Shown here one piece after another: positions 55,429 through 64,000 of a stretch of 64,000 bases of DNA. The DNA lies in NCBI GenBank assembly GCA_965203555.1, contig CBDBCY010000004.1, positions 2,144,001-2,208,000 of the forward strand, given 5' to 3'. The stretch's first letter is position 1; each line of letters starts with the position of its first letter. This DNA comes from Acidimicrobiia bacterium (GTDB taxonomy: Bacteria; Actinomycetota; Acidimicrobiia; Spongiisociales; ZC4RG35). The notes beneath the pieces are model-generated. The model did not search any database. It saw nothing but the letters and a program-made list of their open reading frames with translations, and was not told the origin of the DNA. Position numbers and translations under genes: made by a program.

Positions 55429-56928
55429 TCAGTCAGACTTGGGAAAGCCCAGATCCACTCCCCGGTGAATGGGATCCGGCCATCGGGAGATCACCACCTT
55501 TTGACGGGTGTAGAAACTGATTCCTTCGGGCCCGTAGATGGCATGGCCGCCGAACAGCGACTCCTTCCAGCCTCCGAACGAATAGAAGCTGAGGGGTACG
55601 GGAATCGGCAGGTTGATGCCCACCATTCCCACCGTGATCTCCCTCTGGAATTTACGGGCGGCGCCGCCGTCGTTGGTGAACACTGCGGTCCCGTTTCCAT
55701 ACGGGTTGGCGTTTATCAGGTCAATTGCCTCCGTATAGCTGCCGGTCCGCACCACCGACAGCACCGGCCCGAAGATCTCGTCCTGGTAGATGGACATGTC
55801 CGGGCTTACCCCATCGAACAGGCAGGGTCCCAGGAAGAACCCGTCCTCGTATCCCTCCACGGCGAGGCTTCGTCCATCGGCCACCAGGTCGGCGCCCTCG
55901 GAAAGTCCCTGCTCGACGTATCCGGCCACCCTTTGGAGATGTTCGGCCGTGACCAGCGGGCCCATCTCGCTTTGGTCGTTGGCGCCCGGTCCCACGCGAA
56001 GTCGGTCGATCCGCTCGGTGACCCGGGGAATCAGCCGGTCGGCCGAGTCGCCCACCGTCACCACCACCGAGATCGCCATGCAGCGTTCCCCCGCCGATCC
56101 GTAGCCGGCGGAAACCGCCGCGTCGGCCGCCAGATCCATGTCGGCGTCGGGCAGCACCACCATGTGGTTCTTGGCGCCACCCAGAGCCTGCACCCGCTTT
56201 CCGTTGCGGGCTGCGGTCTCGTATATGTAGCGGGCGATGGGAGTGGAGCCCACGAAACTGACCGCCGCCACTTGCGGATGCTCCAGCAGTCCGTCCACTG
56301 CAACTTTGTCGCCATGCAGGACGTTGAGCACCCCGTCGGGCAGTCCTGCCTCTGCAAACAACTCGGCTGCCAGCATGGATGGAGAAGGGTCCTTTTCGGA
56401 GGGCTTGAGGACAAACGTGTTGCCGCAGGCGATCGCCACCGGGTACATCCACATTGGAACCATCACCGGGAAGTTGAAGGGGGTGACGCCTGTCACCACT
56501 CCCAGGGGCTGGCGGAACGAATAGGTGTCCACTCCGGTGGAGACCTGCTCGGAGATCTCCCCTTTCAGAAGTTGTGGGATGCCGCATACATATTCGATGA
56601 CTTCCAAACCCCGCTGGACCTCTCCCAGGGCGTCATCCATGGTCTTGCCGTGCTCGGCGGTGATCAGCTTGGCGAGGTCGTAGCGGTGATCGCTCACCAA
56701 TTGCCGGAAGGCGAAGAGAATCCTCTGGCGGCGCACCACCGGCGTGTCCCGCCATCCGGGGAAAGCGTCTGCGGCGCTGCGGACCGCCAACTCCACTTCG
56801 GTGGGGCCGCCCATGGCGACTTCGGATGTTTGATGGCCGCGCGCCGGGTCGAATACGGGTCCGGTCCGCTCCGGTGGGTCTTCCAGCAGCCGCCCACCGA
56901 TCCAGTGTCTGATTACAGACATAGACAA
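55429..56928 (-). CDS. mmsA: CoA-acylating methylmalonate-semialdehyde dehydrogenase
   Basis: TPFNFPVMVPMW, LKPSEKDP, SFVGSTP, GGAKNH, AGERCMA, GMVGINLPIPVP. Confidence 0.93.
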   Translation of the reverse strand: MSMSVIRHWIGGRLLEDPPERTGPVFDPARGHQTSEVAMGGPTEVELAVRSAADAFPGWRDTPVVRRQRILFAFRQLVSDHRYDLAKLITAEHGKTMDDALGEVQRGLEVIEYVCGIPQLLKGEISEQVSTGVDTYSFRQPLGVVTGVTPFNFPVMVPMWMYPVAIACGNTFVLKPSEKDPSPSMLAAELFAEAGLPDGVLNVLHGDKVAVDGLLEHPQVAAVSFVGSTPIARYIYETAARNGKRVQALGGAKNHMVVLPDADMDLAADAAVSAGYGSAGERCMAISVVVTVGDSADRLIPRVTERIDRLRVGPGANDQSEMGPLVTAEHLQRVAGYVEQGLSEGADLVADGRSLAVEGYEDGFFLGPCLFDGVSPDMSIYQDEIFGPVLSVVRTGSYTEAIDLINANPYGNGTAVFTNDGGAARKFQREITVGMVGINLPIPVPLSFYSFGGWKESLFGGHAIYGPEGISFYTRQKVVISRWPDPIHRGVDLGFPKSD

Positions 56929-56998
56929 ATCCCTTCTTGCGCCGCCTGTCTACATTGGGGTCTTATGATATTGCCTGGTCAGCGGGGAAGGTTCGGCG

Positions 56999-57424
56999 AT
57001 TAATCGGCAGGAACGACTTGAGGCCATAGCGCACGGGCTTTCGATCGGCGGTGTCAGCCGGCACATCTTCCTCTGTGCCGGACAGTCCAAACCCCGGTGC
57101 GCCACCCGGGAGGAGTCAGACCGGGTGTGGCGTCATCTCAAGCGCCGTTGCAAGGACGAAGGACTGACCACCGCCCCGCCTCTGTGGTCCCGCAACCCCT
57201 CTCAACCCGCCCGGCCCGAGCGTCCCGGAGATGGCCTGGTGCTGAGGAACAAGGTGGACTGCCTGCGGATCTGCGAAGATGGTCCCATCGCGGTGGTCTA
57301 TCCGGAGGGAGTGTGGTACCGAGGAGTTACCACCGAGGTGTTGGACCTGATCATTGATCAACATCTGGTGGGAGGCAGGATCGTGGAGGAGTTCACCTTC
57401 GCCACCGCGCCGTTGGGCCGGTAA
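56999..57424 (+). CDS. Thioredoxin-like [2Fe-2S] ferredoxin; likely start codon reads ATT
   Basis: In-frame RHIFLCAGQSKPRC upstream of the track's GTG, plus KVDCLRICEDGPIAVVYPEGVWY. No ATG/GTG/TTG between the in-frame stop at 56966 and the first Cys. Confidence 0.8.
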   Translation: MNRQERLEAIAHGLSIGGVSRHIFLCAGQSKPRCATREESDRVWRHLKRRCKDEGLTTAPPLWSRNPSQPARPERPGDGLVLRNKVDCLRICEDGPIAVVYPEGVWYRGVTTEVLDLIIDQHLVGGRIVEEFTFATAPLGR

Positions 57425-57428
57425 GCGC

Positions 57429-58451
57429 CTATTGTCGTTTCCACCGGCTTTGTTTGTAATCCTCAACCCAATGACGGTTGCTGCGCCACAAGCCGTCCTG
57501 GCCTCGGGTGGCGCGCAGGCGACCTCGTACCGCAGCAGCGCGTAATGCGGGGGCATTGAGGTCTGAGGTCGCCAAGGCGGCAAGGGGCACAAGACGTGAC
57601 GGTCCGGCGACGGCCGGGAAGACGAATCGATTCAAACTGTCCAGGATCGCCCGTGCGAAGATCTGGCCGAGAGGCCTTGGATCGCCATCATCGGCCCGTG
57701 ACAAAGCAGTCAGGTATTTCTCCCGGTCACGTTTGTAGATAACCATTGGCGGGTAGCCGAGACGCACCAGAATCAGGTTGAGGATTAGGCGGCCCGTGCG
57801 TCCGTTGCCATCAAGAAAGGGGTGGATCTGTTCGAACCGGCAATGTATCTTGGCTAGTTCCTCGGGAAAGGACTGAGGGCTGGTGTCGAGAGAATTAACA
57901 GCATGGATCCAGTTGTCGATCCCCGAATGCACCAGGGGGAAGGTGACGGGCTTCATCCCCCCGGGGAAGCGTCGTATCTCATGCTCGCGAAAACTCCCGG
58001 GCTTTTCACGGTCTGTTGCATCGGGATGCGGAGCAGTTTCCCAAACCGGGGTCATGGCGTGATAATGAACCTCTCTGAGTTCTGCCAGGGTAAGGAGATT
58101 CTCAGGTCGGGTTAGGCCGGTCGGGTTCATGGCCTGCCGGTAGACCCAGGAAGCGGCTTTGGCATATCCCTTTACCTCCAGGTATTCGCGTAACTCTTTG
58201 TCCCCCACCGCTTTTCCGTCGCGTAGGAGTGACTTCACCTGTTTCAACACCAAGGTGTTGCCTTCGATAGCGGTGGAGTGATGAGCTTCCGCATACCAGA
58301 TGTCTTCCCATATTCCACTTGCCTCGTCGAGACTCGGTAATCCGCCCATGCGACCGTGCAGTTCGGCGATCTGTACGGCCAGACGATTGAACACCTCCGA
58401 GCGTGTCGGTCGACCCCAGGGCGGCGCGGGACTCTGATTTTGTTGAGTCAT
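57429..58451 (-). CDS. Fic family protein (class II) with C-terminal HTH-like extension
   Basis: HPFLDGNGRTGR catalytic motif; N-terminal inhibitory STAIEGN. Confidence 0.92.
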   Translation of the reverse strand: MTQQNQSPAPPWGRPTRSEVFNRLAVQIAELHGRMGGLPSLDEASGIWEDIWYAEAHHSTAIEGNTLVLKQVKSLLRDGKAVGDKELREYLEVKGYAKAASWVYRQAMNPTGLTRPENLLTLAELREVHYHAMTPVWETAPHPDATDREKPGSFREHEIRRFPGGMKPVTFPLVHSGIDNWIHAVNSLDTSPQSFPEELAKIHCRFEQIHPFLDGNGRTGRLILNLILVRLGYPPMVIYKRDREKYLTALSRADDGDPRPLGQIFARAILDSLNRFVFPAVAGPSRLVPLAALATSDLNAPALRAAAVRGRLRATRGQDGLWRSNRHWVEDYKQSRWKRQ

Positions 58452-58625
58452 GCTCTTTTTTAGCGTACCGAATTATTTAACCTTGAGATGGGGGGTTTCC
58501 TATGGTGTTTTCTCCCCGTTTCTGATTTTGTTGAGTTGTGGCAGTTTTTATTGCACAAAACAATTTCTGGCGGGAAGGTCACTGGCCTGCAGCATCGGAC
58601 TGGTTGAGTGTCAGATTCCCGGATC

Positions 58626-60131
58626 TCAATTACTCGGGATCCGGACTGTCCACTCGTGACCGGCAGGGCCGAGTAGGCGCCCCGCCTCCCCGGGACCCCA
58701 AGAGCAGGCCTGGTAGGGATGTGGGTGGATACCGGCCTCAAGCATCGGTGTGTAGAGACGCCAAGCCTCTTCCGCTTCATCCGAGCGGACGAACAGGGTC
58801 CGGTCTCCGGTCATCACATCGTAGAGCAGAGTCTCGTAGGCGTCGGGGAGACTCCCGAAAGCCTCTTCGTAGGCGAAAGCCAAGGACCTGGTGTCCAGCT
58901 GGGGGTGGTCGGATGGCTTCTGAACATCGAAGAGGAGATCAAACCCCTCGTGCGGCTGGAGCCTGAAATAGAGGACATTGCCCTGCCTGCCACTGCGCTC
59001 GAAGGATTTGAACAGCGCCACCGGCGGTTCGCGGAAGGTTACCGCTACCTGGGTGAGGCGGCTATGCATGCGTTTGCCGGTGCGCAGGTAGAAGGGAACA
59101 CCCTGCCAGCGCCAACTGTCTATGAACACTCGGAGGGCGGCGTAGGTGGGGGTGGTCGAACCCTTGGCTACACCCTGTTCTTCCAGGTAACCTGCAACCG
59201 GCCTTCCCTCGGATTGACCGGCGGTGTATTGACCGAACACCACGTCGTCGGGGCTCAGGGGGCGGACCGACTGGAGTACCTTGACCTTTTCGTCCCTGAT
59301 GGCTTCGGCGTCGAAGGAGACCGGCGGTTCCATCGCCACCAGGCTGAGCAACTGGGTCAGGTGATTCTGGACCATGTCTCGCAGGGCGCCCGACCGGTCG
59401 TAGTAGTTGGCCCGTTCACCGATTCCCACCGCCTCGGCCACCGTGATCTGGATGTTGTCGATGCGGTCCCGATTCCAGACCGACTCGAAAAGGGGATTGG
59501 CGAAGCGGAATACCAACAGGTTCTGCACGGTGGCCTTCCCCAGATAGTGATCGATACGGTAGATCTGGGGCTCGTCAAAACACCCGTGCAGTATCCCGTT
59601 CAACGCCATGGCCGATTCCAGGTCGACACCGAATGGTTTCTCCACGACCAAACGGGTCCATCCTGCGCTGTGGGCCAGACCCGATGCTCCCAAACCTCTT
59701 ACCGTCGGGCCAATGGCGGCCGGCGGCAGGGCGAGATAAAAGGTACGGTTGCCGGAGAGGCCATGTGCCGCTTCGATACCTTTGATCCGACTCCGGAGGG
59801 CTTGGTAAGCCTGGGCCCCTCCGCTCCCGATCGACTGGAAGTACAAGACATCGTCGCACCAGGCAGCGGGATCGGCACACGCTTCGCCGAGTTGGGCCTG
59901 TCCGCGAGATACGTTTTCGACTGATGTTCGGGAAAGTGTCCGAAAGCTTTCGTCGTCCAGTTGCGAACGAGCTACTCCGAGAATCACGAAGCGGTCGGCG
60001 AGGTCGTACTGGCGGACCAGGTGGTAGAGGGCAGGGGCGAGCTTCTGCCGGAAAAGATCACCGGTGGCGCCGAACACCACGAGCAGGTGGCGATCCACCG
60101 CTCCGGCGCCCGCCAACGGTAAGGACTCCAC
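58626..60131 (-). CDS. zwf: Glucose-6-phosphate 1-dehydrogenase
   Basis: FGATGDL, EKPFG, RIDHYLGK, RWQGVPFYLRTGKR. Confidence 0.96.
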   Translation of the reverse strand: MESLPLAGAGAVDRHLLVVFGATGDLFRQKLAPALYHLVRQYDLADRFVILGVARSQLDDESFRTLSRTSVENVSRGQAQLGEACADPAAWCDDVLYFQSIGSGGAQAYQALRSRIKGIEAAHGLSGNRTFYLALPPAAIGPTVRGLGASGLAHSAGWTRLVVEKPFGVDLESAMALNGILHGCFDEPQIYRIDHYLGKATVQNLLVFRFANPLFESVWNRDRIDNIQITVAEAVGIGERANYYDRSGALRDMVQNHLTQLLSLVAMEPPVSFDAEAIRDEKVKVLQSVRPLSPDDVVFGQYTAGQSEGRPVAGYLEEQGVAKGSTTPTYAALRVFIDSWRWQGVPFYLRTGKRMHSRLTQVAVTFREPPVALFKSFERSGRQGNVLYFRLQPHEGFDLLFDVQKPSDHPQLDTRSLAFAYEEAFGSLPDAYETLLYDVMTGDRTLFVRSDEAEEAWRLYTPMLEAGIHPHPYQACSWGPGEAGRLLGPAGHEWTVRIPSN

Positions 60132-60416
60132 TAGTTGTGCTTTCTGCGGATATTCGACACTTGATACAAAGCTGACACTGTGGAGTTTGGATTGATCAGA
60201 ACGCTATGACCTGGTTGTGAGGCTTGTTGGGGCAAATGGTAGAACACGGTGGCGCTCAAACGGTGCTCGTTCGGAACAAGAGGAGGCTGGTGCTTGGCGG
60301 ATGATGCGTCGGGTTGGCTTTTGGTGTCCGAAGTGCAGGGTTCCATCGACCTGCATCTGGCTCAGGTGCCACACCGTGGCTGTCTGTCGCCGGGCAGGTA
60401 GGCGGCCGCTACCTTT

Positions 60417-61574
60417 GTGAGGGTGCTTTCGCGTCGTTTGCTGGTGGGCACGGTGCTGGCCGTCACCATGGCAGCCGCCACCCTGGCGCCCATCGTGTTT
60501 GGTGTTCTCGCATCGGAGTTGATCTCTGCGCTGGGCATTGAACGGTGGCAGGTGGGGATGCTGGTGACCGCTTCGACCTTGGGGGGCGCCTTCCTCTCGG
60601 TCTGGCTGGGACGTTGGGCCGACATGGTGGGAGGCAGGCGGGCCACCATTGCCACCCTGACGGTGGCGGGTTTCTCCCTGCTTTTTATCGGAGCGGCGCC
60701 TGGCCTCGTTTTGATGTCGGTGGCGGCTTTCTTCGCCGGGGTCTCATCGGCGGGTTCCAATCCGGCCACCAACAAACTCATCGCCACCGAGTACCCGTCC
60801 GGAAGCCAGGGCCTGATAGTGGGAGTGAAGCAGTCGGGGGTACAGATAGGGGTATTCCTGGGGGGTTGGCTCCTACCGGTTTTCACGATCTGGTGGGGAT
60901 GGAGGTGGGCGGTTGTGGCATTCGCGGTGTTTCCACTGCTACTGGCGGGCGTCTATTCGTTGGCGACTCCCCATGTAGAGCCGGTCGCCGGTGATGGGAG
61001 TGAAGTTGCGTCGGGTTATCTCCCCAGGTTGATCTATCGCCTGGCGGTGTACGGGTTTATGATGGGGACGGGCATGTCGGTGGTGCTCACCTACCTGCCG
61101 CTCTACGCGGAGGAGGTGTTCGGCATGAGCCGGGAACTCGGCGGTCTGGCGGTGGCGGTCACCGGCTTGGTGGGAATCGGGGCGCGGCTGGCGTGGGCGC
61201 AGGTGGCCGAGGGAAGGCTCGGCTCGGTGCCGAGCCTGAGGATCATTGCCCTGTTGGCGGTGGTAATGGGCGGTGTCCTCACCCTGGGGGACCAGTTGGG
61301 AAGCTGGTCCGTCTGGCTGGCGGCGGTGTTGACAGGTCTCAGCGGCAGCGCCTGGAATGCGGTGGGAATGCTGGCGATAATCCAGGCGCTCCCGACATCG
61401 TTGGCAGGCCGGGGCTCGGGGGTGGTGCTGTTCGGTTTCCTGGGAGGTCTCAGTCTGGGGGCGCCCCTGGTCGGATGGTCGGTGGACACCTGGGAAACCT
61501 ACACGCCGGGTTGGATGGCGATTACCGTCCTGTTCGGGGTCGGGTACCTGGCAATAAACGTAGGTCGTCGATGA
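60417..61574 (+). CDS. MFS transporter
   Basis: About 12 TMs; motif A GRWADMVGGRR; GVKQSGV. Confidence 0.88.
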   Translation: MRVLSRRLLVGTVLAVTMAAATLAPIVFGVLASELISALGIERWQVGMLVTASTLGGAFLSVWLGRWADMVGGRRATIATLTVAGFSLLFIGAAPGLVLMSVAAFFAGVSSAGSNPATNKLIATEYPSGSQGLIVGVKQSGVQIGVFLGGWLLPVFTIWWGWRWAVVAFAVFPLLLAGVYSLATPHVEPVAGDGSEVASGYLPRLIYRLAVYGFMMGTGMSVVLTYLPLYAEEVFGMSRELGGLAVAVTGLVGIGARLAWAQVAEGRLGSVPSLRIIALLAVVMGGVLTLGDQLGSWSVWLAAVLTGLSGSAWNAVGMLAIIQALPTSLAGRGSGVVLFGFLGGLSLGAPLVGWSVDTWETYTPGWMAITVLFGVGYLAINVGRR

Positions 61575-61625
61575 CCCTCGGCCAGAACCCGCGGCGCCTT
61601 TCCAGATGGTTGCGGAGGTCTCGAC

Positions 61626-62276
61626 TCAGGAGCGGATCATGACCGTTACGCCGTCCGCGAAGGGGAGGAGCACCGCTTCGAGGTCGGGAGAGGCAGCCAC
61701 CGTGTAGTTGAGACGACGGATCCCCTCCGTGGCGTCGGTCCGGTCCTCGGGGTCGAGCACCCGACCCGACCACAGGGTGTTGTCCGCCACGATCACCCCA
61801 CCCGGTCTGACCAACTGCTTCAGCGTTTCGATATACCGGGGATAGTTCGGTTTGTCGGCATCCAGGAATGCCAGGTCGAAGGGACCTTCCAGGTCGGCCA
61901 GAGTCTCGAGAGCCGGACCCAACAGCAGGGTGATCCGCTCCGCCACGCCGGCTTCCGTCCAGGCCTTCCGAGCCAGGGCGGTGTATTCGTCGGAGATGTC
62001 GCAGCACACGATCTCTCCGCCTTCCGGCAGGGCCTGGGCCATGAACAGAGACGACAGGCCGGTGAACGTGCCGATCTCCAGCACTCTCCTGGCCCCGATC
62101 AGCTTCACCAGCCAGGCCAGAAATGCGCCCTGTACGGGATCGACCTGCATCCGGGCCACATCCGGAAAGAGGGCGGCGGTCCGGTCCATCACCCGCCGAC
62201 CCACCTCGCCCACCGGACTGGAGTGGGCGGCCGCATACCGGGCCAGGTCGGGGTGGGCGGTGAGATATCTCTCCAT
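61626..62276 (-). CDS. SAM-dependent O-methyltransferase (caffeoyl-CoA OMT/COMT-like)
   Basis: VLEIGTFTGLS, FLDADKPNY, GGVIVADNTLWSG. Confidence 0.92.
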   Translation of the reverse strand: MERYLTAHPDLARYAAAHSSPVGEVGRRVMDRTAALFPDVARMQVDPVQGAFLAWLVKLIGARRVLEIGTFTGLSSLFMAQALPEGGEIVCCDISDEYTALARKAWTEAGVAERITLLLGPALETLADLEGPFDLAFLDADKPNYPRYIETLKQLVRPGGVIVADNTLWSGRVLDPEDRTDATEGIRRLNYTVAASPDLEAVLLPFADGVTVMIRS

Positions 62277-62295
62277 GGGAATGGTAGGTTAGATT

Positions 62296-62787
62296 ATGGT
62301 AAGCGTGTTCTCTCCACGCTGGATTCGACACACGCAGAACACGATTGTGCGCGGGGGTGGCGGCGCCGGGTGTGCGCTGTTGCTGCTGTTGGTTGTTGCC
62401 TGTGCTTCCGATGGCGAGGAGTCGGCGGCTTCCACCACCCCGCCGGTCACCACTTCCACGACCGCGCCGCCGACCACCACCGATGCACGGCCAACCACCA
62501 CTACCACCACGACCCTGCCGGACGATCTGACGGTGGTGGAAGTGGTGGTAAGGGAGGGCAGGGTGGTATCCGAGAGTCGGGTCGATGTCCCCCTCGGCAA
62601 CCGGATCTCACTGGTATTCGACGCCGATGTCCGACTGCTGGTGCATATCCATGGCTACGACGAGGAGTTCCCCGTGGAAGCCGGTGTTCGGACCACTCAT
62701 GAAATGGTGGGTGATCTGCCCGGAATCTTCGAGGTGGAGGACCATGTCACCCATCGTCATTTGCTCGAGTTGAAGGTGTCGCCCTGA
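62296..62787 (+). CDS. Lipoprotein with Thr-rich linker and cupredoxin-like His-containing domain
   Basis: VVAC lipobox, TTTT linker, VHIHGYD, PGIFEVEDH. Start uncertain (alternative 62347). Confidence 0.7.
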   Translation: MVSVFSPRWIRHTQNTIVRGGGGAGCALLLLLVVACASDGEESAASTTPPVTTSTTAPPTTTDARPTTTTTTTLPDDLTVVEVVVREGRVVSESRVDVPLGNRISLVFDADVRLLVHIHGYDEEFPVEAGVRTTHEMVGDLPGIFEVEDHVTHRHLLELKVSP

Positions 62788-62788
62788 G

Positions 62789-64000
62789 GTGGGAGGGATA
62801 CTGGCCCACGGTATCGGCGGGCGCCTCGATCTGCCCATTCCCCTTCTCTATTTCACCCTGGCGGCGATAACGGTGCTGGTGGTCACTTTTGCCATGCTGT
62901 CGACCCGATGGCACGAACCGCGCCTGCAGGACCCCACCGGCGTCGTGTTCAGGGCGCCCCCCTGGGTAAGGCTGGCAGGAGGGATCTGTTCGATGGTGTC
63001 GGTGGGGCTGCTGGTCGTGATGGTGGTGAGCGGTTTCCTGGGATCGGACGACGCTCTGAAGAATCCGGCGCCGGTGATGGTATACGTGGGACTCTGGCTG
63101 GTCTTTCCCTTCATGTCCGCGCTGGTTGGTGACTTCTACCAGGTAGTCGCTCCGTGGCGGGTGCTTGCCCGCTGGCTGAAGATCGACCGGGACAGAGGAC
63201 CGGGATTGGCCCAGCGCCTCGGCTACCGGCCGGCCGCGGTGGTGCTTTTGCTGTTCACCTGGTGGGAACTGGTCTCGCCGGTGGGCAGCATTCCGGCGTG
63301 GCTGGCGGCGATGGCGGTGGGGTACACGCTGTACATGCTGGTGACCGCCGGTGTGTGGGGTGCGCAGACGCAGTTGACCACCTGGGACGGATTCGGGGCG
63401 TACAACCACCTGGTGGGCGCGATCGGACCCATCGGCAGGAATCAGGACGGTGAACTGGTGAGGCGGGGATGGCTGAGAGGCCTGCCGGGGGTGGCCGAAC
63501 GCCCGGGGCTGGACGTTCTGGCGGTGGTCCTGATCGGAGGAGTCACCTACGACGGCCTGACGGGGATTCCGTTCTGGCGTAACCAACTGGCCGGTCCCCT
63601 GGAGGACACGGTGTCCGGTCTCGGGCTGGGCTGGCAGTGGGCGGAAGTGGTCGTGGGGACCTTCGGACTGGTGGCGGTTGTCCTGATGGTCGGATGGGCC
63701 TACCACTTGGCGTGTGTCTTCTCGGTGGTGCTGTCGAATGCTGAAACCAGCGTTGCCCGGGCGCGGATCCGATTCGCTCACACCTTGGCGCCCATCGCCT
63801 TCGCCTACGCGTTTGCCCACTACTTCACTCTCGTCGTGTACGAGGGGCAGTTCTTCCTGGGCGCCATCAGCGACCCTTTCGACCTCGGCTGGGATCTGTT
63901 CGGACTCGCCGGGCAGGCAGTCGACTACACGTTGATCTCGCCCACTGCGGTCTGGTACATCCAGTTGGTGGCGGTTGTCGCGGGCCATGTGGGTGGGGTG
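62789..64000 (+). CDS. Polytopic membrane protein of the family often annotated 'fenitrothion hydrolase' (FedB-like); runs off the window end and is absent from the ORF track
   Basis: GTG start; ILAHGIGGRLDLPIP, NPAP, YDGL, FAHTLAPIAFAYAFAHYF, SDPFDLGWDLFG, GHVG. Confidence 0.75.
   Translation, partial: MGGILAHGIGGRLDLPIPLLYFTLAAITVLVVTFAMLSTRWHEPRLQDPTGVVFRAPPWVRLAGGICSMVSVGLLVVMVVSGFLGSDDALKNPAPVMVYVGLWLVFPFMSALVGDFYQVVAPWRVLARWLKIDRDRGPGLAQRLGYRPAAVVLLLFTWWELVSPVGSIPAWLAAMAVGYTLYMLVTAGVWGAQTQLTTWDGFGAYNHLVGAIGPIGRNQDGELVRRGWLRGLPGVAERPGLDVLAVVLIGGVTYDGLTGIPFWRNQLAGPLEDTVSGLGLGWQWAEVVVGTFGLVAVVLMVGWAYHLACVFSVVLSNAETSVARARIRFAHTLAPIAFAYAFAHYFTLVVYEGQFFLGAISDPFDLGWDLFGLAGQAVDYTLISPTAVWYIQLVAVVAGHVGGV

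Noticed and set aside
60132-60416. ncRNA or small gene in the zwf-MFS gap
   Set aside because: Short ORFs lack SD and motifs; only a weak inverted repeat is present; most likely divergent promoter DNA.

Overview
Chromosomal window of a high-GC actinobacterium, probably Acidimicrobiia-like (inferred from DUF3151, bS22, a PPOX/F420-type protein, ETTAAP-linker lipoproteins and many apparently leaderless genes). The backbone is housekeeping and metabolic: form-II CoxL/CoxM-like molybdoenzyme subunits, SPFH/NfeD, ppdK, a heterodimeric ABC exporter, clpB, MscS, LigC-type ligase, thrB, bS22, acyl-CoA dehydrogenase, S9 peptidase, a TAT-less DMSO-reductase-family enzyme with a fused FeS-NrfD partner, mmsA and zwf. 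Five accessory segments interrupt it. (1) A ~15 kb lower-GC catabolic island (3143-18289): AtuA-like + DUF4387, hydantoinase/oxoprolinase A/B, Dpp/Opp-type ABC importer, amidase, phosphotriesterase homologue and a possible aminotransferase relic. (2) A secreted metzincin + lipoprotein cassette split by an intact ISL3 with 8-bp target duplication, followed by a second ISL3 relic and a broken YbaK gene (~23010-27160). (3) A ~2.9 kb islet bounded by a diverged duplication of an SDR gene 3' end, carrying an NCS2 permease fused to a degenerate RsbW-like HATPase domain. (4) A decayed pair of a large hypothetical protein and a PIN/VapC toxin upstream of clpB. (5) A lone class II Fic gene. No rRNA, tRNA, CRISPR array, integrase or prophage gene was seen. 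All assignments come from motif recognition by eye; no searches or computations were run.
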